A DNA stretch of 64,000 nucleotides. Source: an uncultured Planctomycetaceae bacterium. GTDB taxonomy: Bacteria > Planctomycetota > Planctomycetia > Pirellulales > Thermoguttaceae. Under the pieces are notes generated by a model. That model saw nothing but the letters and a program-made list of their open reading frames with translations. It searched no databases and was not told the origin of the DNA. The translations under genes were made by a program, and so were the position numbers. This document shows, piece by piece, positions 36,160 through 44,097 of this stretch. Every line of letters begins with the position of its first letter. Position 1 is the stretch's first letter. The stretch lies in assembly GCA_964475955.1 (NCBI GenBank), contig CAYYZY010000019.1, positions 22 to 64,021 on the forward strand, in the 5' to 3' direction.

Positions 36160-37758
36160 TCAACCGAGAAAATCCCACTCGATCGGGATCCTCTTGATCG
36201 CGTAGCCGATCTCGCGGTGGTAGTCGCCGTAGACGGTCATCCAGTGGAAGCCGGGCATCCGCTCGGCCACCAGCAGGTCGTCCGGCTTGTAGCGGACGTC
36301 GATCTGCGACCGGCAGATCGGCAGGAACGGGTGGTCGATGATCTCGGCCATCAGGCCCATCCACCGCTCCTCCTTGAAGTCGGCCACCACGTTGGTCACC
36401 ACCTGGCCGTCGTGCATCTCCACCTTGGGCGTGGCCCCGTAGTCCGACTCGAAGTGGGTGACGATCCGGGCGGGCTCGAGCGTCTTCCCGTCCATCCGGC
36501 GCGGGCCCGTGCAGTGGGCCAGCGTGATCACCCCGTCGTGCGGATAGGTCGGGTCGTTCAAAAACGGCGGCTTGCCGGAGATGTTCGACATCAGGATGCC
36601 GGAGGGGATGACCACGAAGTCCGACTCGCAGAAGGCCGTGAAGCCGTCGTCGTTCAGCGTGCTCAGCGGCAGGCAGGCCGTGGTCTCCGAGATGGGCATG
36701 ATCGTGCCCATGCACGAGTTGATCGTGATCGCCCGGCACCCGGCCTTGGCCATCAGCTTGCGGAAGACCTGCTCCAGCAGGAAGCACCGGTCGACGAAGC
36801 CCCGGTCGGTTTCCAGCGTGGTGCCGGGGAGCTTGAGATACTCGTCGGCCCGCTTGCGCGCCAGCGCGACGGTCGCCTTGTCTTCACGGGCCGCCTGGAT
36901 CAGGGTGGTCAGGTCCGCCTGGTCCGGGTTCTGGGGATCGGGCTTGTAGGGGATGGTCTGGATGTCGAACTTCCACTTCTCGCGGACCAACTCGGCGATC
37001 ACGTCCCGCGGCTGGGCCCAACCGCCGGGACCGCCCACGGCCAGGATCTTGGTCCCGATCGTGTTGTGCAGCCCGCAGAGCGAACGCAATCGCCAGAGGA
37101 TTTCGTCCTGGCTGTCGACGACCACGTCGCTGTCGTCGATCCCCTCCACCTGGAGCTCGTCGGTGTGCTGGCGCAGGAATCGGGGGCTGATGATCTCGTA
37201 GTAGAGGTACAAGGGGCCCGACTTGTGGCGGACGAAGAAGATGGTGTCCTTCTTCAGCGCGGCGATCGCGTTGAGGTTCCCGTTGCAGGCGTAGACCAAG
37301 AGCACGTCGGCCGCCTTGACGTCGGCGTTCTCGGCCAGCCCGCCCTCGTTGTCGAGCGCTTCCAGGGGCAGGAACTTCACGGGGAAGTCGGCCCCCTTCT
37401 GGAGCTTCTTGAGTTCGCCGTTGATGCGGGCGATCTCTCCGTCGACGTCTTGTTGGGTCTGGATGCCGCCCCAGGACCGCCAGCTCGTCTGCGGCCTGCG
37501 TTTGGGTATCCGGTAGAGGAACAGCGGCTTGACCACTAATGGGCGACGCGGCGACGCGGTCGGCACCTCCGGCTCCTCGGCCGCAAGCGACGACCAGGTA
37601 AGGCCCGTCAGGGCAATGCCGCCCAACGCGGCGCCCCCCATACCGCCGAGGAAGCCTCGCCGGGACAGTCCGGCCTCGTCGGCCGGCGGCGCCGGGCAGC
37701 AGGTGTGGGGCCGGGGGTGGCGGTTGCCGAGCGGATGATCGTGTTCGTCGCGACACAT
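36160..37758 (-). CDS. Hypothetical Tat-signal protein
   Basis: 532 aa, ATG 37758 with GAGGAG upstream. The Tat motif is LSRRGFLGGMGGAALGG. Good coding texture but no confident family; a vague resemblance to sugar-isomerase-like folds is not supportable by eye. Confidence 0.65.
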   Translation of the reverse strand: MCRDEHDHPLGNRHPRPHTCCPAPPADEAGLSRRGFLGGMGGAALGGIALTGLTWSSLAAEEPEVPTASPRRPLVVKPLFLYRIPKRRPQTSWRSWGGIQTQQDVDGEIARINGELKKLQKGADFPVKFLPLEALDNEGGLAENADVKAADVLLVYACNGNLNAIAALKKDTIFFVRHKSGPLYLYYEIISPRFLRQHTDELQVEGIDDSDVVVDSQDEILWRLRSLCGLHNTIGTKILAVGGPGGWAQPRDVIAELVREKWKFDIQTIPYKPDPQNPDQADLTTLIQAAREDKATVALARKRADEYLKLPGTTLETDRGFVDRCFLLEQVFRKLMAKAGCRAITINSCMGTIMPISETTACLPLSTLNDDGFTAFCESDFVVIPSGILMSNISGKPPFLNDPTYPHDGVITLAHCTGPRRMDGKTLEPARIVTHFESDYGATPKVEMHDGQVVTNVVADFKEERWMGLMAEIIDHPFLPICRSQIDVRYKPDDLLVAERMPGFHWMTVYGDYHREIGYAIKRIPIEWDFLG

Positions 37759-38080
37759 GGCAGGGACTCCTCGCTTGGAACTGGCTACTGCGAAGAAGAC
37801 GAACCGTCACCATACCCGCTCCCCGCGGTCGACGCAAGAATCCCGCCGCACCGGCCGGAGGGTCCGGCGCGGCCCGTACCCGGCGAGGCGTCTTCCCTGG
37901 TGACACAACGGGTGGCTCCGGCCGGTGGCCGGGGTCGAGCGCAGCGAGCCCCCAGTCGGCCATACCTGCGGCTCGGCCAGAGCAGCGACAACGGCGTTGG
38001 ATAGCGGACCGGAAACCGGTCGGCCCCTCTGGTTTGGCACTGGTAGAGCTTGGCCGATTCCACGGCGTGATGGGGCGTCG

Positions 38081-38162
38081 CACGAACCCGAAACACGAAC
38101 CCGAAACACGAACCCGAAGCGCAAGCGAGGGAGTCGAGTGCGCTGCTCGCCGGCGCTTCGGG
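38081..38162. repeat. 13-bp tandem repeat x3 (cacgaacccgaaa) fused to a long imperfect hairpin
   Basis: cacgaacccgaaa occurs at 38081, 38094 and 38107. The stem is CCCGAAGCGC (38113-38122) paired with GCGCTTCGGG (38153-38162). The motif aacccgaagcgc[a/g]agcgagg recurs at 21571-21590. Confidence 0.8.
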
Positions 38163-38313
38163 CTTGTGTCGACACGGCCAACCTGTACCCCTACCGCGGG
38201 TTTTCCCGCGTTGACACTCCCCTCGCCGTAAGGGAAAATTGTGAGTTGGCACCCCATGGGCGCGACCTGCCCCAAACGCGGACCCGCCCGACTTCAGCAC
38301 AAAGGAGTTCTTC

Positions 38314-39282
38314 GTGACGGCCCCTTGGATCACTTACCGGCCCCAGTTGAAAGTCCTCGATTGTACGGTTCGCGACGGCGGGCTGATCAACGACTCCCAC
38401 TTCGAGGACGGGTTCGTCAAGGCGGTGTACGACGCCTGCGTCGAGTCGGGCATCGACTACATGGAGATCGGGTACAAGAACTCCAAGCGGCTGTTTCCGA
38501 CCGACAAGTACGGCCCCTGGCGGCATTGCGACGAGGAGGATATCCGGCGGATCGTCGGCGACAACGACACGCCGCTGAAACTGGCCGTGATGTGCGACGC
38601 GGGCAAGTCCGACTGGAAGACCGAGGTGCTCCCCAAGTCGGAAAGCGTGATCGACCTGATCCGCGTCGCCTTCTACGCCCACCAGGTCGCCGAGGCCGTG
38701 GAAATGATCCACGACGCCAAGGAGAAGGGCTACGAGGTGTCGGCCAATTACATGGCCGTCTCGACCAACACCGAGCTGGAAATCGACCAGGTCCTCGACC
38801 TCGTCGCCGAAACGCCGGCCAGCGTGATCGTGGTCGTCGACAGCTTCGGCGCCCTCTACACCGAACAGGTCGAAATGCTGGTCAAAAAGTACCACCAATT
38901 CGGCGGCCCCTCGGGCAAGGAGGTCGGGATCCACGCCCACAACAACCAGCAATTGGGCTTCGCCAACACGATCGAGTCGATCATTCACGGCGCGAATCGG
39001 ATAGACGCCTCCATGGCCGGCTTGGGACGCGGCGCCGGAAACTGCCCCATGGAGCTGTTGATCGGCTTCCTCCGGAACCCCAAATTCAAGATCCGCCCCA
39101 TCTACCAGGTGCTGGAGGCCCATCTCCAGCCGCTGCGCGAGAAGATGGAGTGGGGCCCCTACGTGCAGTACAACATCACCGGCCAGCTCAACCAGCACCC
39201 GCGCACCGCCATCGAGGCCCGCTCCGGCGACGGGCGCGACCGCTACGTCGACTTCTACGACAAACAGGTGCTCGACGTGTGA
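38314..39282 (+). CDS. HMGL-like / DRE-TIM aldolase (pyruvate carboxyltransferase-domain protein)
   Basis: GTG start. VLDCTVRDGG, then IHAHNNQQLGFANTIESIIHGANRIDASMAGLGRGAGNCPMELL, the typical metal-binding H-x-H and GN..E blocks of this family. Confidence 0.75.
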   Translation: MTAPWITYRPQLKVLDCTVRDGGLINDSHFEDGFVKAVYDACVESGIDYMEIGYKNSKRLFPTDKYGPWRHCDEEDIRRIVGDNDTPLKLAVMCDAGKSDWKTEVLPKSESVIDLIRVAFYAHQVAEAVEMIHDAKEKGYEVSANYMAVSTNTELEIDQVLDLVAETPASVIVVVDSFGALYTEQVEMLVKKYHQFGGPSGKEVGIHAHNNQQLGFANTIESIIHGANRIDASMAGLGRGAGNCPMELLIGFLRNPKFKIRPIYQVLEAHLQPLREKMEWGPYVQYNITGQLNQHPRTAIEARSGDGRDRYVDFYDKQVLDV

Positions 39283-39390
39283 AACACGGAAGACGCCCCG
39301 AGTGTCGTTGTTGGCTCTCAGCGAACAAGCGCCTTGTCGCGAAGCGAAAAGCGACCATTGGCCCGTTCGTCGACGCGCTGAACCGGCCTG

Positions 39391-39447
39391 CCCGCAACCC
39401 GCAACCCGACTCCCGACTCCTGACTCCCCGCTCCCAACTCCCCCGCC
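39391..39447. repeat. 7-bp periodic C-rich array x8 ending at the priA start codon
   Basis: cccgcaa cccgcaa cccgact cccgact cctgact ccccgct cccaact cccccgc, then c-ATG (39448). Confidence 0.85.
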
Positions 39448-41733
39448 ATGTCCGACCGGCAGCAAAGCCTGTTCGACAAGGAACCCGAGCCCTGGGAGCT
39501 CGCCGACCAGGCGGAACGGCGCGTGGCCACCCTGGTCTTCGTCGGCGGACCGCCCGGCCGCTTCGACTACACCGTACCCAACACGCTGGTCGACCAGGTC
39601 GAGCCGGGCCGGCGCGTGCGCGCGCCGCTGGGGAAGTCGAATCGGATCGTCACCGGATACTGCGTCGAGGTGAGTACGAAGCCGGCGGGCCCGAGGCCGC
39701 TCAAGCCGCTCCGGGGAGTCGTCGATCGGCGCAGCCTGCTGACCGCCCCCATGCTCCGGCTGACCCGGTGGATCGCCGACCACTACCTGTGCGAGTGGGG
39801 CCAGGTTCTCGAAGCGGTGATTCCGGCGGGGGTGCGCGCCCAGGCCGGCACGCGCAAGGTCACGCTGCTGAGCGTCGCGCCCGAGGTCGCCGACCGGCTG
39901 CACGCACTTCAACTGCCCAAGAAGCAGGCCCAGGTGATGCGGGCGCTGTCCGAGGCCGACGGGCCGATCACCCCGACCGAGCTGGCCCGGGCCGCCAAGT
40001 GTACGGTGGCCCCGATCAAGGCGCTGCGCGAGAAGGGGATGATCGCGGCCCGCTCGGCGCGCGTCGCGGGCGAGGCTCCGGCGGAGCCCGCCGTGAAGCA
40101 GGAGGCCTACCTGACGCTCAATCGGGAGCAACAGGCGGCGTTGGGGACGATCGTCGACGCCCTGAACTCGCAACGCCACCAGACGATCCTCATCCACGGC
40201 GTGACCGGAAGCGGCAAGACCGAGGTCTACATCCAGGCGATTCGCGAGGTGGTCGGCTTCGGTCGCCAGGCGGTCGTGCTGGTGCCGGAGATCAGTCTGA
40301 CGCCGCAGACCGTCGAACGCTTCCGCTCGCGGTTTCCCCGGGTCGCCGTGCTCCACAGCCACCTCACCGATGTCGACCGACACCGCCAATGGCAGCGGAT
40401 CGCCGACGGCCAAGTGCAGGTGATCGTCGGGGCCCGAAGCGCCGTGTTCGCCCCCGCAACCGACCTGGGCCTGATCATCCTCGACGAAGAGCACGAGACC
40501 TCCTTCAAACAGGAGACGGCCCCCCGCTACCACGCCCGCGACGTCGCCCTCGCCCGCGCGCGCATGGAAGGCGTTCCGCTGGTGCTCGGATCGGCCACGC
40601 CGTCGCTGGAGAGCTGGCACCGGGCCCGGTCGGGCGAGTACAAGCTGGTGCGCATGCCGCGCCGGGTGTTGGGGCGTCCGCTGCCGGCCGTGGGCACGCT
40701 CGATCTGCGGAGCGATTCCACGTCGCGCGGTTTCCGCGGGGCCGTGAGCCGGCAACTGCACGTGGCCATCCGCGAAGCGCTCGCCGACGGCGGCCAGGTG
40801 ATCCTGCTCTTGAACCGGCGGGGGTTTTCGACGCACATCCAGTGCCCGGCCTGCGGCGAGGTCGTACGCTGCCCGGAATGCGAGATCGCCCTGACGCACC
40901 ATCGCACCGAAGAGATCGCGCTGTGCCACTACTGCGACCACCAGGTGCCCGCGCCCAAGAAATGCCCCAAGTGCAGCTTCAACGGGATCCGCTACGGCGG
41001 GCTGGGTACGCAGCGGCTCGAGGCCGAGGTGCGGCGGCGGTTTCCCGACGTCCGCTCCCTCCGCATGGATACCGACACGATGCAGGGCCGCGGCGCCCAC
41101 GAGCGCGCGTTGGCCGCATTCCGCGCCGGCGAGGTGCGCATCCTGCTGGGCACCCAGATGATCGCCAAGGGGCTCGACTTCCCGAACGTGACGCTCGTCG
41201 GCGTGATCAACGCCGACACGGCGCTGCACCTGCCCGACTTCCGCGCCGCCGAGCGCACGTTTCAGCTCGTCACCCAAGTGGCCGGTCGGACCGGGCGCGG
41301 GGAAAAGGGGGGCCGCGTGCTGGTGCAGACGTTCAACCCCGAGCATCCGGCCATTCGGGCGGCCGTGCGGCACGACTACGACGCGTTCGCACGGGACGAA
41401 GTGCCCTTCCGCAAGACGCTCTCCTATCCGCCGTTCTCGCGCATGATCCGCCTCGTAGTGCGCGGGCCCGACGAGAAGGCCACCGCCGGGTTCGCCGGCC
41501 ACGTGCGGGAGCTTCTCACCCGCGCACTCGATCGCCACGAGGCCGCGGCGCGCGTGCTCGGCCCGGCGCCCTGCCCGTTCAGCAAGCTGCGGGGCAAGTA
41601 CCGATTCCAGATCCAGGTGCAAGGCCCCGACGGCGACAGGCTCCGCGCCAGCGTGCGCGAGGCGACCGCGGGCCTGAAACGCCCGGACGACGTGCAGTGG
41701 ATCGTCGACGTCGACCCGCTCGACATGTTGTAG
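39448..41733 (+). CDS. priA: Primosomal protein N' (replication restart helicase PriA)
   Basis: 761 aa. Walker A is HGVTGSGKTEVY and the DEAH-like motif is ILDEEHETSFKQ. The Cys-rich zinc region is IQCPACGEVVRCPECEIALTHH..CHYCDHQ..KCPKCS. Also TQMIAKGLDFPNVTLVGV. Confidence 0.95.
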   Translation: MSDRQQSLFDKEPEPWELADQAERRVATLVFVGGPPGRFDYTVPNTLVDQVEPGRRVRAPLGKSNRIVTGYCVEVSTKPAGPRPLKPLRGVVDRRSLLTAPMLRLTRWIADHYLCEWGQVLEAVIPAGVRAQAGTRKVTLLSVAPEVADRLHALQLPKKQAQVMRALSEADGPITPTELARAAKCTVAPIKALREKGMIAARSARVAGEAPAEPAVKQEAYLTLNREQQAALGTIVDALNSQRHQTILIHGVTGSGKTEVYIQAIREVVGFGRQAVVLVPEISLTPQTVERFRSRFPRVAVLHSHLTDVDRHRQWQRIADGQVQVIVGARSAVFAPATDLGLIILDEEHETSFKQETAPRYHARDVALARARMEGVPLVLGSATPSLESWHRARSGEYKLVRMPRRVLGRPLPAVGTLDLRSDSTSRGFRGAVSRQLHVAIREALADGGQVILLLNRRGFSTHIQCPACGEVVRCPECEIALTHHRTEEIALCHYCDHQVPAPKKCPKCSFNGIRYGGLGTQRLEAEVRRRFPDVRSLRMDTDTMQGRGAHERALAAFRAGEVRILLGTQMIAKGLDFPNVTLVGVINADTALHLPDFRAAERTFQLVTQVAGRTGRGEKGGRVLVQTFNPEHPAIRAAVRHDYDAFARDEVPFRKTLSYPPFSRMIRLVVRGPDEKATAGFAGHVRELLTRALDRHEAAARVLGPAPCPFSKLRGKYRFQIQVQGPDGDRLRASVREATAGLKRPDDVQWIVDVDPLDML

Positions 41734-41847
41734 TGCCGCGAAACGGCGTCGGGACTCTCTTCCCCGGCCCCGCGTCTGGTGACCCCGCCCGACGACTGCT
41801 ATACTGACGCCTCGTCGACATTCACGCCGTCTGATTGAGGATCCAAC

Positions 41848-43065
41848 ATGAACCCGCCCCGCCCCGTGCTCGCCGTCCTCCTCGCCCTGCTGCTCTTGCC
41901 CGGCTGCAACCCGGCGCCCGACACCGACGCCCCGCCGCCATCGGTCGGCCCGCAGGCCCCGCCCGACGAAGCCCCAGCCGCTCCCGAGGAGGAAACGCCC
42001 CCGGCCGAAGGAAAGACGGTGGAAGGCGAACCGGCGTCTTCCGAAGCGCCGGCCACGGAGCCCGCGGCGACTGAAGCGGACGACGCGGAAGCGGTCGAGG
42101 CCGTCGAGGCCCTGGGAGCGAAGCTCCAGCGCGACGACGAAGGCTTCGTCGTCGAAGTCGACTTCCGCGGCTCGGAGGTCGACGACGACGCGCTGGCTCA
42201 CCTGGCTGGGCTCCGGCGCGTGCGCTCCGTGCTGCTGGCCGAGACGGGCGTGACCGACGCGGGGCTCGCCCACCTCGGAAAGCTCTCCACGCTTCGCAAC
42301 GTCGACCTGCGCGACTGCGCCGTCTCGAACGCGGGCCTGGCGCACCTGACGGGGCTCGCCGACTTGAAGGCGCTGCGTCTTTCGGGCAACAACGGGAAGA
42401 CGACCGTCGACGACGAAGGGCTCACCCACGTGGCCGCCCTGAAGAACCTCAAGCTCCTCGCCCTCGATTTCCTCTGGGTCAGCGAGGTGGGCCTGGCCAA
42501 GCTCGAGGGGTTCGACAAGCTCGAAGAGTTGTACCTGGCGCGCACGCTGGTGGGCGACGAGGCGCTGGCCGAGCTGGCCCGGTTCCCGAAGCTGAAGAAG
42601 CTCCGCGTCTCGCAGACGCAGGTGACCAGCGACGGCCTGGCCCATCTGGCCAAACTGCCGCAGCTCGAGGAGATCGACCTGAGCGAGTGCAGCCAGGTGG
42701 CCGACGCAGGGCTTGCGCACCTGGCGGGGATGACGCAACTCAAAAGGCTCAACCTGTGGCGCGTGCCGGTCACCGACGAGGGCGTCGCCCACCTGGCCGG
42801 CCTCACGAACATGCGGTGGCTCAATCTCGACAACACCCAGTTGACCGACGCGGGCCTCGAACACCTCCACGGGATGACCCAGCTCGAGTTCCTGCACCTC
42901 GGGTCGACCGGCGTGACCGACGCCGGCATGAAGCACCTGGAGCACCTGACGTCGCTCGAGGACCTAAAGGTCACGCGCACCGCCGTGACCGCGGCGGGCG
43001 TCGCCGAGCTCCAGAAGAAGCTGCCCGACACGGAGATCCAACTCAAGTACATCGCCGGGCAGTAG
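41848..43065 (+). CDS. Leucine-rich repeat (RNI-like) lipoprotein
   Basis: Lipobox-like LALLLLPGCNP and an acidic/Pro-rich linker. Then about 11 regular ~24-aa LRRs (L..L..L..L.L..T.VTDAGLAHLAGL). Confidence 0.85.
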   Translation: MNPPRPVLAVLLALLLLPGCNPAPDTDAPPPSVGPQAPPDEAPAAPEEETPPAEGKTVEGEPASSEAPATEPAATEADDAEAVEAVEALGAKLQRDDEGFVVEVDFRGSEVDDDALAHLAGLRRVRSVLLAETGVTDAGLAHLGKLSTLRNVDLRDCAVSNAGLAHLTGLADLKALRLSGNNGKTTVDDEGLTHVAALKNLKLLALDFLWVSEVGLAKLEGFDKLEELYLARTLVGDEALAELARFPKLKKLRVSQTQVTSDGLAHLAKLPQLEEIDLSECSQVADAGLAHLAGMTQLKRLNLWRVPVTDEGVAHLAGLTNMRWLNLDNTQLTDAGLEHLHGMTQLEFLHLGSTGVTDAGMKHLEHLTSLEDLKVTRTAVTAAGVAELQKKLPDTEIQLKYIAGQ

Positions 43066-43155
43066 CACACCACATGCCGTGTGCCGCGCCGGCCAACACC
43101 CCTGCTGACCGCGGCCCGCCTTTTCGGTTCCCGCATCCGATGGTGGCCGCCCGTC

Positions 43156-44097
43156 TCATGGGTCGAGCGTTCGCGGACGCGAGAAGTCGAAGTACGCGCC
43201 GAGGTCGTGGAACATCTCGCCGAACGCGTCGGCAAAAAGCAGCACAGAAAAAGCGGTTCCAAACAGCCCAAGGCCGCTGAGGCTCACGGTCCAGGCCGCC
43301 CAGCGTCGGCGGTCGCCGCGTGCACTCATCGGTATCCGCGAGGAACTCAGCCGGGCCAAGAGCCACGTTGAGTATATCAAGAGCGGTGGGAAGCAGAGGA
43401 TTCCGACCACCGAGGCCTGCCACGCTCGCAGCGCGAGCGACTCGCCCATGCGGCGCGGTCGGTCGAACGACTCCTCCGCCGGATCGTCGAGCGGTTGCGT
43501 TTGCCGCGCGGGCGCCTCGCGCGGAGCCTCGTCTCGGCGAGTCGCCGGGATCCTCCGCCACCAGGCAACGCTACACGCAGCGATCGCCCACGCCGCCATC
43601 ATGGAGAATAGGTCGCCCGTCGCAACCAACGCCACCATGGTGAGGAGTACGCCGATCGCGATCAAGTCGCTCCCGGCCGTGTCCTCGACCGCGCGGCGCG
43701 CCTCAGGTGCGGTTTGCTGGGCGTCAGGCGCAGGCGGAGCACCATCCCGCGAGGTGCCGCAGTTCCAGCAGATCTCCCAAGACGCGTCGACAGGCTGGCT
43801 GCACGTGCCGCACGTCCATGACGGCCGGTCGTCTCTTGCCGGGCAAGAAGCACGGTCGAGGATCTTGCGCGACCGCTCTGCATCGCAATGCAACACGTGC
43901 ACGGTGACCCCGCCCACTGCGTCGCGGTAGTGCCATGCCCAGAGGACCAGCGTCGCACTGCCCAGCGATGCCGAAACGCCTCGGCCGCCAATCGGGCCCG
44001 GGCGAGGTCCGCCTCCCACACGTTCAGGTGCGAAGCGACTTGGACCAGCCGGTTCGACATGATGCCACTCCCTGCGCGCCCGCGGGCGGCAGGTCAT
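43156..44097 (-). CDS. Membrane protein with zinc-ribbon and DUF2007-like N-terminal domain; apparent frameshift near 43978-43983
   Basis: Frame B from ATG 44097 (ATGA overlap with the tkt stop) gives ...LVLWAWHYRDAVGGVTVHVLHCDAERSRKIL, WTCGTCSQPVDASWEICWNCG and 4 TM segments. The first half of the DUF2007-like domain (MSNRLVQVASHLNVWEADLARARLAAE) is in another frame starting at ATG 44060. Confidence 0.5.
   Translation of the reverse strand: MTCRPRARREWHHVEPAGPSRFAPERVGGGPRPGPIGGRGVSASLGSATLVLWAWHYRDAVGGVTVHVLHCDAERSRKILDRASCPARDDRPSWTCGTCSQPVDASWEICWNCGTSRDGAPPAPDAQQTAPEARRAVEDTAGSDLIAIGVLLTMVALVATGDLFSMMAAWAIAACSVAWWRRIPATRRDEAPREAPARQTQPLDDPAEESFDRPRRMGESLALRAWQASVVGILCFPPLLIYSTWLLARLSSSRIPMSARGDRRRWAAWTVSLSGLGLFGTAFSVLLFADAFGEMFHDLGAYFDFSRPRTLDP

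Noticed and set aside
38191-42945. 1584-aa minus-strand ORF, the longest in the window
   Set aside because: It is antisense to three genes with unmistakable signatures (DRE-TIM aldolase, priA, LRR lipoprotein). It is extremely Arg/Gly/Pro/Ala-rich. Its LRR-like look at the N-terminus is just the mirror of the sense-strand LRR periodicity. This is a typical high-GC shadow ORF.
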